From Octopus vulgaris (lineage: Eukaryota), in assembly GCA_951406725.2 (NCBI GenBank), contig OX597823.1, forward strand, positions 7,998,001 to 8,062,000: a stretch of DNA of 64,000 nucleotides, written 5' to 3'. The position numbers were made by a program, and so were the translations under genes. Below are positions 51,489 through 64,000 of this stretch, in pieces. Under the pieces are notes generated by a model that made no database searches, was not told the DNA's origin, and worked only from the letters and a program-made list of their open reading frames with translations. Numbering within the stretch: position 1 is the first letter of the stretch; every line of letters starts with the position of its first letter.

Positions 51489-51707
51489 TATTAGAGTTTA
51501 CAGTTCTCACTGAAAATGAATTTTCCATCTCTTCATTTGAAAACCATTCACAGATACTAACCTCCACCAGTTTTTCTCGCATTTCGGATTACTTGATAAT
51601 ATTGATCAAGTTTATTCAAATTTGGTTTTAGTAAAATGAAAGTGTAGTGTAATCACTAAAGTAAGGTGATGTAACTTACAAGGGAATTTTCGAAAAGTCC
51701 ATGCATA

Positions 51708-52118
51708 GGCGCAGGTGTGGCTGTGTGGTAAGTAGCTTGCTAACCAACCACATGGTTCCGGGTTCAGTCCCACTGCGTGGCACCTTGGGCAAGTGTCTTT
51801 TGCTATAGCCCCGGGCCGACCAATGCCTTGTGAGTGGATTTGGTAGTCGGAAACTGAAAGAAGCCTGTCGTATATATATAAGTGTGTGTGTATATGTTTG
51901 TGTGTCTGTGTTTGTCCCCCTAGCATTGCTTGACAACCGATGCTGGTGTGTTTACGTCCCCGTCACTTAGCAGTTCGGCAAAAAGAGACCGATAGAATAA
52001 GTACTGGGCTTACAAAGAATAAGTCCCGGGGTCGAGTTGCTCGACTAAAGGCGGTGCTCCAGCATGGCGCAGGCAGAAATGACTGAAACAAGTAAAAGAG
52101 TAAAAGGGTAAAGAGTAA
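51708..52118 (+). mobile_element. SINE family B copy
   Basis: Full-length match to the other B copies. Confidence 0.88.
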
Positions 52119-52639
52119 GAGGGGAAACACCAGTTACTTGAGCTAACTACTGGTTAGAAATAGCAAGAAAAGCTCTTTGAAATAGATAAAACCAACTTTA
52201 AAAAAGGCACAAACAAGACCAAAAATGACAAAAAAACCCCCAAAGAAACCTCGTATCCCTAGCCTTTTATCATGGATCTGATCTATCGGGGCTAAGCTGG
52301 TGTTAAGCAGCAATGATAAATGAAACATTTTTGTGCACAGTCGTCTTGTCGTGACCCCCCCCCACCAATCCTTAACTAGGAATTGTTTTATTGACCGCAG
52401 AAGTATGAAATGCAAAGTTGACACTAATGAGATATGAACTTAGAACACAAAGAAAATAAAGAAGTATATGAAAACAAAATTCACCCCCAGCAAGTATGCA
52501 ACAACGATCTACCATATTTTATCGAAAGTTACGTTTTCAGTGATAGCTTAACGTGAATGATTTACATAAAGTTAATGCAGAACTGATAACGCTGATCTGA
52601 TGTTCCGTTATTATGCCAGCAATATTATTTAAGAAACTA

Positions 52640-53042
52640 AGACGGCGAGCTGGCAGAAACGTTAGCACACCGGGCGAAATGCTTACCGATATTTCGCCTG
52701 CCGTTATGTTCTGAGTTCAAATTCCGCCGAGGTCGACTTTGCCTTTCAACCTTTCGGGGTCGATTAAATAAGTACCAGTTACGCACTGGGATCAAGGTAA
52801 TCGACTTAATCCGTTTGTCTGTCCTTGTTTGTCCTCTCTGTGTTTAGCCCCTTGTGGGTAGTAAAGAAATAGGTATTTCGTCTGCCGTTACGTTCTGAGT
52901 TCAAATTCCGCCGAGGTCGACTTTGCCTTTCATCCTTTCGGGGTCGATAAATTAAGTACCACTTTCGTACTGGGGTCGATCTAATCGACTGCACCCCCGC
53001 CATTTCCCCAGAATTTCGGGCCTTGTGCCTAGTGTAGAAAGG
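52640..53042 (+). mobile_element. SINE family A dimer, 19-bp TSD
   Basis: aatattatttaagaaacta at 52621-52639 and 53043-53061; two Meta-like domains with different tails. Confidence 0.85.
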
Positions 53043-54071
53043 AATATTATTTAAGAAACTAGCTGGCCCCGCACCGTAAGAAATGACGGCTAATTGTGGT
53101 ATTTTATACATAAATAAGTACAAAAGATAGAATATAGATGGTAATTCAAATTAATATACTTCTGAATGTTATCTAGTAGTTGTATTTTGAGATGTAATAT
53201 CGATCCATACAAACATTCACATACTTCTCTTGTGCACGCACACATACACACGTAAACTCACGCAGAGTTGGAACGCTGTTTGATTTTTCTTTTCAGCGTT
53301 GAATGTTCACCATCCCACTTCCATTTTGCGCGCGCGCACACATACACACACCTTCACATACCTCCCGTTTACATACACTCACAGTTGAAACGCTGTTTGA
53401 TTTTTTTTTCATCGTAGAATAGCCATCCCCGCTTCCTTCCGATTCATCTATCACCCCTTCCTTCCTCATTCATATGTTGTGACGAAGAAATATAAGTCGG
53501 GATTTGAATAAGAATGTCGTTTTTGATTTCGATTTAGAGACGGAGATGGATTATAGTTTAAATCAAGTATGAGTTCATGTTTAGTTCGGAGTTTAAAATT
53601 AGATCAAAGTTTCAATCAAACAATGTTTTCAGATTAGGCTTTAGATAACGACATATTTTAAGGTTTAAATCTAGATTTTCAATTTAAATCTACTATTTAT
53701 TTGCGTTGACGGTTGACGACGTTAATCTGATTGATGTTGGAGAATCTGCGAAAGGGAGGAACACAGAACTTTCTTTGAGACTGGAAAAAAAAGAACTAAA
53801 GAAAAAAACAGAAAATAGAGAATTTAAAACCGCAAGGCATATTGCCCGACAGTGTATCGACTCTATCACTCTATCGCTCTTAAAACTGGCTAAACACAAA
53901 AAAACTATCATGATCAACCAATAGCGGTTGCCATGTTATCAAGGGGAAGCACTCTGCAATCGACAGAAAGAATTATCTCCCTGGCCAGTTGTACGATTTG
54001 AGTGGTAGTAACGCAGTTAGAAATTAACAGTCGTGCTACTAAAGTTGCTTGACAGTACTATTAGTAACGGG

Positions 54072-54460
54072 GTAGAGGCGCAATGGCCCAGTGGTTAGGG
54101 CAGCGGACTCGCGGTCGTAGGATCGCGGTTTCGATTCCCAGACCGGGTGTTGTGAGTGTTTATTGAGCGAAAACACATAAAGCTCCACGAGGCTCCGGCA
54201 GGGGATGGTGGTGATCCCTGCTGTACTCTTTCACCACAACTTTCTCTCACTCTTACTTCCTGTTTCTGTTGTACCTGTATTTCAAAGGGCCGGCCTTGTC
54301 ACTCTCTGTGTCACGCTGAATATCCCCGAGAACTACGTTAAGGGTACACGTGTCTGTGGAGTGCTCAGCCACTTACACGTTAATTTCACGAGCAGGCTGT
54401 TCCGTTGATTCGGATCAACCGGAACCCTCGTCGTCGTAACCGACGGAGTGCTTCCCCAAA
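54072..54460 (+). mobile_element. SINE family C, full length, 12-bp TSD
   Basis: attagtaacggg at 54060-54071 and 54461-54472. Confidence 0.9.
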
Positions 54461-54705
54461 ATTAGTAACGGGAGATTTTTGAAAACAAAAACAAAAACAA
54501 AAACAAAAAACCTGTAGACGCTTTTCATAATAAGTATAATTCGATAACTGTAATTCGGATTGTTCAGAAGACTGTCCCCATCAAAATAAGCTTACCACAT
54601 TCGCTGCTACTTTCCTTTCACTACAATGCAGTATAAGCCCAATAAATTATAAAATTCCACATGAACACAGACATTGAATGCAGACGTATTTTGATAACTT
54701 AATCT

Positions 54706-55692
54706 GTTTCTTTATTACCTATTTCTTTACTACCCACAAGGGGCTAAACACGGAGAAGACAAACAAGGACAGACAAACGGATTAAGTCGATTTACATCGC
54801 CCCCAGTGCGTAACTGGTACTTAATTTATCGACCCCGAAAGGATGAAAGGCAAAGTCGACCTAGACGGAATTTGAACTCACAACGTAACGGCAGACGAAA
54901 TACCTATTTCTTTATTGCCCACAAGGGGCTAAATACTGAGAGGACAAACAAGGACAGACAAACGGATTAAGTCGATTACATCGACCCCTGTGCGTAACTG
55001 GTACTTATTTTATCGACCCCGAAAGGATGAAAGGCAAAGTCGACCTCGGTGGAATTTGAACTGAGAACGTAACGGCAGACGAAATACCTATTTCTTCACT
55101 GCCCACAAGGGGCTACACACGGAGTGGACAAACAAGGACAGACAAACGAATTAAGTCGATTACATCGACTCCAGTGCGTAACTGGTACTTAATTTCTCGA
55201 CCCCGAAAGGATGAAAGGCAAAGTCGACCTAGACGGAATTTGAACTCACAACGTAACGGCAGACGAAATACCTATTTCTTTATTGCCCACAAGGGGCTAA
55301 ATACTGAGAGGACAAACAAGGACAGACAAACGGATTAAGTCGATTACATCGACCCCTGTGCGTAACTGGTACTTATTTTATCGACCCCGAAAGGATGAAA
55401 GGCAAAGTCGACCTCGGTGGAATTTGAACTGAGAACGTAACGGCAGACGAAATACCTATTTCTTCACTGCCCACAAGGGGCTACACACGGAGTGGACAAA
55501 CAAGGACAGACAAACGAATTAAGTCGATTACATCGACTCCAGTGCGTAACTGGTACTTAATTTCTCGACCCCGAAAGGATGAAAGGCAAAGTCGACCTCG
55601 GCGGAATTTGAACTCAGAACGTAACGGCAGACGAAATACCACAAACATTTCGCCCAGCGTGCTAACGGTTCTGCCAGCTCGCCGCCTTCCAA
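54706..55692 (-). mobile_element. SINE family A pentamer (five ~184-bp units, one full head), 19-bp TSD
   Basis: Units start near 54718, 54903, 55088, 55271, 55456; tattttgataacttaatct at 54687-54705 and 55693-55711. Confidence 0.9.
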
Positions 55693-56448
55693 TATTTTGA
55701 TAACTTAATCTCAACACAGAAGTCCAGATGATATTCCTATAATGGACTGCAAATAACCTTCTCTCAAGCTGCACTCTATTGTAAATCATTTTCTTCAACT
55801 ACCTCTCTATTTGTCTCTCTGATTCTCTCTCTCTGACTCTCTCTGTCTTATTCTCTTTCTAACTATCTTCTGTTCTAAATTATGGCAAGATATGGGAGTA
55901 TGGCCTCATTTCAAGTCAGACAACCTCGAAGACTCTGCTTGTTATTGGTCATTCTTATTATTGGCATGTCGTAAGTAACCACAATCACGTTTATTATAAA
56001 ATACGATCAATGAAACTCGAAATCTCATGTTGGGCATCAATAGTTCTTTTGTTCTTGTAAGAACTTTAACGAAAACGAAGTGAGTGACATTGACACGACC
56101 AGAAGAGTCTTCAACTACACTCGGCACCGGAAATCTTGTTGCAGTTGCCTTTTATTCAGTGTATTAGAAGTTACTTGTAGCGTATGTTGACTGAGTCCGC
56201 TATATGAGTCAGTTAAATTCTTTAACTATTCTTTTTGTGCAAATTTACAAACAAGCTCACTGCTGAGTAGCCACACTCACTTCCATGAACTTCAGTTTAA
56301 TCTATTGCACACAGGTATCTCATACTCAAAATGTAGGTGCCTTCAACCGCCAGACAATTATAACTTCTACGAGATTTCAAAAAAAAATTCTTGCACTCTG
56401 CTGTGGACATTACACTTGAGACTTGTTGAGCAACAGTATGAAAATCTT

Positions 56449-56851
56449 GGATCTTTTCGGTTTGAATGGCAGTTTTTTCTAGCAGTGTCATATGAAATTG
56501 TCACCCATAATTATGACCCTAGAATCGACCTATTGCATTTCAATCTGTTTTAGGGTTAGGGTTAGGGTTAGGGGTGGGGGAAGGGTATATTTTTTTCTTC
56601 ACAAATGTAAATAAACCCAATCTGTTTCTTAAACAGAATGTTTTTTTTTTTTTTTTACCTCAATAGACGTTGGTTGAAATTGCAGAAATTGAAGAAAAAA
56701 AACAACAAATATCTTACAAACTATAGAATTTTCTCAATAAAGCCAAGAGAAAAAGATGTTTTATAAACACATTCTACCAGTATACGGATTAAAAAATTTT
56801 TTAGTTACCTAGAAATTATGTTAAAAACTGCCGTTCAAACCGAAAAGATCC
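56449..56851 (+). mobile_element. GGATC-TIR MITE with internal (TTAGGG)n, perfect 8-bp TSD
   Basis: aaaatctt at 56441-56448 and 56852-56859; both TIRs present. Confidence 0.9.
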
Positions 56852-57115
56852 AAAATCTTTATACATAGTAAGGAAACACTCTTAAAACACTATACCATCC
56901 TAGTCTTATTTAACGATATCAAGAAAACAGTCTATTACACACAGTCAAGAGAAGCTTTTATATCCTCCATACTAATGAACAATATATAGCTAAAGCTTTC
57001 ACACACCCACAAATGCTTATCTTTACAGTCTTTGGCGAACTTTTCATGGCATCAGCACATATCTAGAACAAAGCCATGATAGTATCTCGAAAATTGATAA
57101 CCTTTTCGGGATCAG

Positions 57116-57171
57116 ATGTATGTATGTATGTATGTATGTATGTATGTATGTATGTATGGTATGTATGTATG

Positions 57172-57240
<69 letters not shown>
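57116..57240. repeat. (TATG)n(TG)n microsatellite
   Basis: Seen directly. Confidence 0.95.
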
Positions 57241-57242
<2 letters not shown>

Positions 57243-57738
57243 CAATACATGCATACAAACATACAATATATGGGAAGAACAGAGCCAAAGCCCTAAAGGC
57301 AATAGGACACAGCGGTCAGCTGTTCTAGTTGGACCTAGTCGAGGAGGAACAAAACCAACTTCCATATCGATTGAAGGCGACATTTTTGTCTTAAAGCTAA
57401 GGGAAATAACTCTGAGTGAGTCATTATGCTAGCATTGACGTTTCACCGCTACCATGACAACCAACGCTATTTCTTCTTTAACTCTTAACTTTGAAAGCTG
57501 AGTCAACGGAGAGGAGTTACAACAAGATGAAATGTCCGGGCGGATTAAATGTACAGGTCACCGATATGCAAGTGGCTAAAAAGTGTTAAGCAGAAGGGCA
57601 CCCAGAAAATCATGAGTTTGATGCGGCACGGCACGTTTCGAGTGTAAGACGTTAAGGGCCGAAACACTTGCTTGCGTGGGGTTTCTTCTCTGTTCAGCTT
57701 TCTTGAGAGTTTCTTGGAACTATATACAGACAGACAGG

Positions 57739-57778
<40 letters not shown>

Positions 57779-57826
57779 TACGTACAAATAAATAGATATA
57801 CGCGCGCGCACACACACACACAAAGA

Positions 57827-58278
57827 GGATCTTTTCGGTTTGAACGGCAGTTTTTAACATAATTTCTAGGTAACTAAAAAATTTTAAAATTCGTATACTG
57901 GTAGAATGTGTTTATAAAACATCTTTTTCTCTTGGCTTTATTGAGAAAATTTTATAGTTTGTAAGATATTTGTTGTTTTTTTTTTCTTCAATTTCTGCAA
58001 TTTCAACCAGTCAATGACCGTCTATTGAGGTGAAAGCATTCTGTGCCGTATGAATATGTCCCTCGTTCAAGAAACAGATTGGGTTTATTTACATTTGTGA
58101 AAAAAAAAAAAAGATACCCCCCTAACCCTAACCCTAACCCTAACCCTAACTAACCCTAACTCTAACCCTAACCCTAAAATAGATTGAAATGCAATAGATC
58201 GATACTAGGGTCATAATTATGGGTGACAATTTCATATGACACCGCTAGAAAAAACTGCCGTTCAAACCGAAAAGATCC
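57827..58278 (-). mobile_element. GGATC-TIR MITE, opposite orientation, longest (CCCTAA)n tract
   Basis: Both TIRs intact; about 9 telomere-like hexamers at 58120-58177; no 8-bp TSD but a ~150-bp flanking direct repeat. Confidence 0.9.
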
Positions 58279-58708
58279 GTTTCTTCTCTGAAAGCCTTCT
58301 ACTGTTCAGCTGTCTTGAGAGTTTCTTGGCACTACATACAGACAGACAGACAGGCACACACACACACACACACACACACTTGTACATACAAATAAATAGA
58401 TATGCGCACGTGTACACACACACACACACACAAAGATAGTTGTTCATTAGGTTTCCATCAGTCAAATAAAACAGACACTCGTATGGTTGGCAACATTACT
58501 TATTCAGTGTTATGAATTTAGTCTCATAGCAGCTGATTCATGTTACCGAACGGTTTCGTATTACAGAATCTTCTAAGGTAAATTAACAGTCATCAGACAT
58601 GGCTGAATGGAAGTGTATAGCTTGGAGTCTTTTATTCTTGGAGATCTGAAAATATCACGTTCGGTGTACAAGTCTCAAAGACATAAAAAAAAAAAAGAAA
58701 ATAGATGA

Positions 58709-59024
58709 CCCGGGTTCAGTCCCACTGCGTGGCATCTTGGGCAAGTGTCTTCTGCTATAGCCCCGGGCCGACCAATGCCTTGTGAGTGGATTTGGTAGAC
58801 GGAAACTGAAAGAAGCCTGTCGTATATATGTATATATATGTATATGTGTGTGTGTTTGTGTGTCTGTGTTTGTCCCCCTAGCATTGCTTGACAACCGATG
58901 CCGGTGTGTTTACGTCCCCGTCACTTAGCGGTTCGGCAAAAAGAGACCGATAGAATAAGTACTAAAAGGTGGTGCTCCAGCATGGCCGCAGTCAAATGAC
59001 TGAAACAAGTAAAAGTAAAGAGTA
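58709..59024 (+). mobile_element. SINE family B, 5'-truncated with an internal deletion
   Basis: Starts at ccgggttcagtccc; lacks the ggcttacaaagaataagtcccgggg segment. Confidence 0.82.
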
Positions 59025-59204
59025 TAGGTCTTAGGTTATTTGAGTTATGTCCCTTAGATTTCTCCTTTTAGTCATTATCCTGTATGTCAGTACTCAAATG
59101 GTAACTGTCCATCGTAAATGTTTGCACGAGTGTGGAATGAAGAAGGAGTTAGAGTCAGGGAGAAAAAGGAAATGTGATACAAAGGGAAGTGCTTTATAGA
59201 AGAA

Positions 59205-59603
59205 CTAGCAGTATCGCCCGGCGTTGCTCGGGTTTGTAAGGGAAATAACTATATAAGCATTTCTAGAGATGTAAAGTATAATAGCCATCTCAATATGGCT
59301 AACCACAAAGGGTGGAGGGTGTTACTGTAGCTTTTTACGTTCTGAGATTTAATGATAAATTTTTAGAGAGTTACTTCCCTTATATATGCCAAAAATGCAT
59401 TAAAAATGGGAAAAATTGATGGTAAATTTTTTTTTAAATCGTAGACTCATCGTAGACGCGCGCTAATACCCAGAAGGGCTCGATATGAATCACGACTATA
59501 AGATACCCGGTTTTGGTTAAACTGCACCGCAAAATGTGGGAGTAGTTAGGAATCTAAATCGTAGGAGACAGACAGCACACAACCTCTCTTTTATATATAA
59601 AGA
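59205..59603 (-). mobile_element. Non-autonomous Helitron
   Basis: Reverse complement of 47625-48019 with TC/CTAG ends and AT target. Confidence 0.88.
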
Positions 59604-60174
59604 TGTGTAAAGGTGTGTCTAAGTGTTGGGCCTGGTGGAAATGATTCCTTTTATTATGGTAAGAGGGCTTCTAATGGGGAAAGAACCTACCCATCATGAT
59701 GAAAAGAGGACAATTCTTCGCTTTTAGAGTGCAGATACGATCCTGGTTAAAGGGAATTCCTCCAGGTAATCCCTTTCTCCCCTAAAGAAAATTTGCACCT
59801 CGTACTGCTGTTGAGATTGGGTAAGCTCCACATATGTTACATAGAGGCCGTCGATAATGAAGCAGCGGTAATATCGAAGGACCGCAAAAGGGTGACGCAA
59901 GTAAAGATATGTTGGTGCAATAGAAGGCCCCTTGAAGACCAGACATGACAATCACAAGTCATTTTTTAAAATTCATGAGGGACTTAACGTCACAAAATGG
60001 TGAAGCGTATATGGATATTGAAAGAAAAAGCAGCGCAATATGGTATCAGCTGAAGATCAGTGGAAAAAAGCAGACCTTACCTAAACAGCAACAAGAAATG
60101 CAGACTTGATAGAAACCATATTGAGTGGAATCTGTTGACAATTCGGCGGTTGTGAAAGATAAAGCTGAAAGGAT

Positions 60175-60346
60175 TACAGCTTGGCACCAGTGATGTCGCA
60201 ACTCATTTCTACAGCTGGGTGACCTGGAGCAACGTGAAATAAAGTGTCTTGCTCCAGAACACAGCACATAGCCCGGTCCGGGAATCGAACTCACAACGTC
60301 ATGATTGTGAGCTGGACGCTGTAGCCACTGAGCCATACGCCTTCAC
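60175..60346 (-). mobile_element. Fourth tRNA-derived SINE family (5' part)
   Basis: Minus strand gtgaaggcgtatggctcagtggctacagc..gagttcgattccc (A/B boxes) then gtgttctggagcaagacacttta (CORE/V-like). Confidence 0.65.
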
Positions 60347-61794
60347 TTAAATAATTTTTCTGTTACTTTTTTTTAAGAAATTCTTTTCGATTATTTTCAT
60401 ATCAATAATATTAGCAAAATTTCAGGGAGACAATTTTAGAAAACAGTATTTAGAAAGTAAAAATGAAATGGAAAGAAAGATATTAATACTTAAGACATTA
60501 AGAAATATTTTAAGATCTATAATTAAGTGGAGTTTTAGTACTTTCAACAGAAAGGAATACCCCTAACAGTTATTCTGTTTCTAGTGTAAAATACGATAAA
60601 AGGCCTGAAAGAAATGTGCGACAATACGGCAGTAGATATAGTCTAAAGAATTGTAAGATTCATACATACTGAAAATAAGATAAAACATCATATCATATTA
60701 TTAAGAATATATGTTATTTCTGTTAAATATTTTGTGGTATATTATAAAAGAACCTTATATCAGAATTTCATCATAATTCTTAGAAATATTGTCCTATGAC
60801 CAACTTCTATCTTGTCACAATCGTTGGTGTTCCTTACAGTAATCGGTCGTATCAAAACGCGATCACCATATATATATATATATGTAATCATCTCTTCTAC
60901 GTGATGGATTAGCAATAATATCGATCGGCAGTAAAGTTGCTCATCAATAAAACAATAAAATCACCAAACCATTTCAAAACAACAGTTAAGCAGAATTCTC
61001 TATTTGATCAATCACCAATAAAACTGTTCAGTTTTAATGTCCTCTAAAACTATTTGTTTATTTGTCCACAAAACTATTAAGACACTCTTTCAACTTCTCT
61101 TGTTAACTCACTCAGCTATTAAATGGCTTAATTATAAAAAACATAACTAGGAGGTACTCTAAGATGTTACTCAATATTTGATTATGCACCTGTCAGAAAA
61201 TCAGTCCTCCCTCAATCCTTTCCCCCCATCTCATCATTACACATATCAACAATCAACTGTCACTCACACCAATGACTTAACGAGCAATTGGTTACCCAAT
61301 AGATTGATCCAACTACCGGTTTATGCTAATGTTATAGCATCCCAAAGAGTTCACTCAAGCATGACCCATTTAAGTATTTTTGTATTTATTCAATAATGAT
61401 TTCCAAGAAAAATAATAATAATAATAAAAGGGGGAAAAAAAACGATTGCACAATTACCACTCAATACTTCGGTTATTAACCATGACGGTTGTTACCCTTG
61501 TTGCTTAGCTCCAGATCAACTATGATCCAACAGACCTTTGTTCAAAGGAACTTCTATCTAGAAAATCTGGGGCTATATTTTCTAATGCTTATTTTCTTGT
61601 TTAAGATGGTGGGAAATTTGAAGGAAATTAACTGTTCATTCTAGCAGGTCAACTACAACCACAAATAAGCTCTATATAGAGGTTTGCAGTCTCTAAATCT
61701 GGTGTAAACTCACGTTCCACACATTCTCTCAGTCATAAAACTCCCTGGGAAAAGGTCCATCCTATCATTTACTGTGTTAAAGAGTTCAAAACGT

Positions 61795-62023
61795 TGGACG
61801 GACAATTCGTCGACAGACAGTTGGCCGACAGACATGCAGTTTAATGCTGGAAAATTCCAAGCCCTGCTCTACCGACACGCAAAATTGAACAAAATGCAGG
61901 CAGGATACAGAACTCGTTTCGTTTTGATGATCTCCATGATCGATACTTCCGCATGTCGACTTTTTGTCCAATCGGCGAATTGTCTGTCGGCGAATTGTCT
62001 GTCGATGAATTGTCTGCACACGG
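61795..62023. mobile_element. Probable MITE remnant with inverted 15-bp subterminal repeats (gacaattcgccgaca)
   Basis: gacaattcgtcgacagacagttggccgacagac on the left; three tcggcgaattgtctg-type units on the right. Confidence 0.45.
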
Positions 62024-62921
62024 TTCAAAACAGGCAACGTTCTTTTGCTACGAGGAATGTAAAGACTAACGCTGTAGGTCTTATTCTAACTCTGATTTTT
62101 GGCGATGTCGGTCATCACCAGTTTCCTCAGAACCCGGAGTATTTCACATAAAAATAAAAGGAAAATTTTTTCTTAATCAGAAACCATGTTGGAGTGGCAG
62201 CGTCAGGTTGTATATTAGAATAACAGTGTAGGGTTGTATATTTCTTCTGTTTCTTTTACTACCACTACCATGATTTCTGCACTTTTAAATTCGTCCACCT
62301 CATCTAAATCACGTTGCACTTGCGCAGCATAACGTACCACTACCACTACCACTACAATTATCGCCGTAATTATCTTAAAACCCACAGTTTAATCGCCGAA
62401 ATACATTTCTCTTGCACTCAGCATACCACTTTTCCCAGCTACCATCTGGAAACGCTTTAATTTTGGTATCATTCTTTCTCCTTTTCAGATAAATGGATAA
62501 ATAAGCAATTACATCGCGGAAGAGCCATATTAGCCATGGAAATACACACACACGCACACACACACACACAACAAAAAAAAAGAGTTAAATTGAATTTCCG
62601 TTTATATTTCCAGGTGTCAATATTTTCGCTGCACGACTGTGACCTGGTCACTTACAAAGTTCCATTGCAAATGTTTGAAATTATATTAATGGCCAGTTCT
62701 AATAGTCTTCAGAGATTTTTTTTCCTTGCTGTCAGTTGTATACCTGTTGTTTCACTTTGATCTTTTGATATTGGTAATCGATTAGTTATTTCCAAGTTCC
62801 ATTCTTTTGCTTGTTCACATCTTTGTTACCATTATTGTTACCATTCCATTTTTGTCTCCCCTTATTTTGCTTCCTTCTATTCTTGAAGGTTAATTTTGAA
62901 TTTATGCCCACCCCCCCATTT

Positions 62922-63304
62922 GGAAGCACTCCGTCGGTTACGACGATGAGGGTTCCGGTTGATCCGACCAACGGAACAGCCTGCTCGTGAAATTAACGTG
63001 TAAGTGGCTGAGCACTCCACAGACACGTGTACCCTTAACGTAGTTCTCGGGGATATTTAGCGTGACACAGAGAGTGACAAGGCCGGCCCCTTGAAATACA
63101 GGTACAACAGAGACAGGAAGTAAGAGTGAGAGAAAGTTGTGGTGAAAGAGTACAGCAGGGATCACCACCATCCCCTGCCGGAGCCTCGTGGAGCATTAGG
63201 TGTTTTCGCTCAATAAACACTCACTACGCCCGGTCTGGGAATCGAAACCGCGATCCTACGACCGCGAGTCCGCTGCCCTAACCACTGGGCCATTGCGCCT
63301 CCAC
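62922..63304 (-). mobile_element. SINE family C, full length, probable 8-bp TSD
   Basis: Reverse complement of family C; ccccattt at 62914-62921 and 63308-63315. Confidence 0.88.
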
Positions 63305-63836
63305 TCACCCCATTTACTATGTATAAGAATATACAAATCTTCAAGTATTCTGGAGTTATTAACGTATAGTATTAACGCATAGTTATTAACGCAAACTTGA
63401 AAGTAGTGACGGAATCAATTTGCTAAGAACTCTATCCTCTGTATACCACAACATCCACCTCGAACTATTATCGATGTTTACCATTGGTTTTGTTTTCTTC
63501 ATCCTCACTTCCTCATCCGCGTATCGTTATCTTCATTACTTTACCGTGATACCATCGCCTGATACGATCGCAACGACACTTTTGTTATCTTTTCCCATCA
63601 CATTTACTCTGATCTGCTAATTATCGGCACGTTATTTTCTTCTCGTATCGTTTTGGACATATTTTTTAGTTTGCTTGCTATGCATTAAATAAAGTGTGTA
63701 TATGCTGTCTATCTTTATGCTTGTCGTGCGAGTGATTTTATATGTGTACGTACGCATGCGCAATTACACACACAAACACACATACACGCAGACACCGAAT
63801 AGGAATGTGTACACGTCTATGTCAGTATATGTACAT

Positions 63837-64000
63837 GTGGAGGCGCAATGGCCCAGTGGTTAGGGCAGCGGACTCGCGGTCGTAGGATCGCGGTTTCGAT
63901 TCCCAGACCGGGCGTTGTGAGTGTTTATTGAGCGAAAGCACCTAAAGCTCCACGAGGCTCTGGCAGGGGATGGTGGTGATCCCTGCTGTACTCTTTCACC
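63837..64000 (+). mobile_element. SINE family C, runs off the window edge
   Basis: gtggaggcgcaatggcccagtggttagggcagcgg head identical to the other copies. Confidence 0.88.

Noticed and set aside
53926-53941. RFX X-box-like gttgccatgttatc as a promoter element
   Set aside because: Only one good half-site and no supported gene start nearby
58120-58177. True telomere or chromosome-fusion site
   Set aside because: Short, imperfect tract at a fixed internal position of a MITE present in several copies
59700-60170. Possible coding exon in a non-repetitive, moderately GC-rich stretch
   Set aside because: Frames checked by eye contain stops and no recognisable motif; a blastx search would be needed
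61800-62020. 15-bp gccgacagac repeats as the progenitor of the 23-bp satellite
   Set aside because: Only a 9-nt match (gccgacaga), different period, no ATCAAAG

Overview
Eukaryotic, AT-rich, repeat-dense DNA. The SINE, LINE and C2H2 content suggests a cephalopod (Octopus-like) genome; this is inference, not a database result. The only intact protein-coding region is a 17-finger C2H2 zinc-finger ORF (15..1595, minus strand). A second, decayed C2H2 gene at about 43.1-44.3 kb is broken up by CR1 and RTE insertions. Between them is a ~29-kb tandem array of a 23-bp monomer (about 12955..42130; roughly 1,270 copies by length/23) with 11-mer and multi-kb higher-order structure. Nearly all ORFs listed for 13-42 kb are by-products of this repeat. 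Most notable: every major monomer variant has the layout ATCAAAG-N6-RCCG-N6, i.e. a TCF/LEF HMG site plus a C-clamp/Helper-type site, and variants differ almost only in the spacers. This would make the array a candidate natural giant Wnt/TCF-binding platform inside a ZNF cluster (untested). The flanks hold three abundant tRNA-derived SINE families (several copies with clear target-site duplications, TSDs), non-autonomous Helitrons, mariner/hAT/Merlin-like MITEs (one family carrying TTAGGG tracts), RTE/CR1/L2/CRE fragments, and several fold-back elements in (TA)n microsatellites with minimal hammerhead-ribozyme motifs of the Penelope/retrozyme type. All calls were made by eye, and repeat boundaries are approximate unless a TSD is given.
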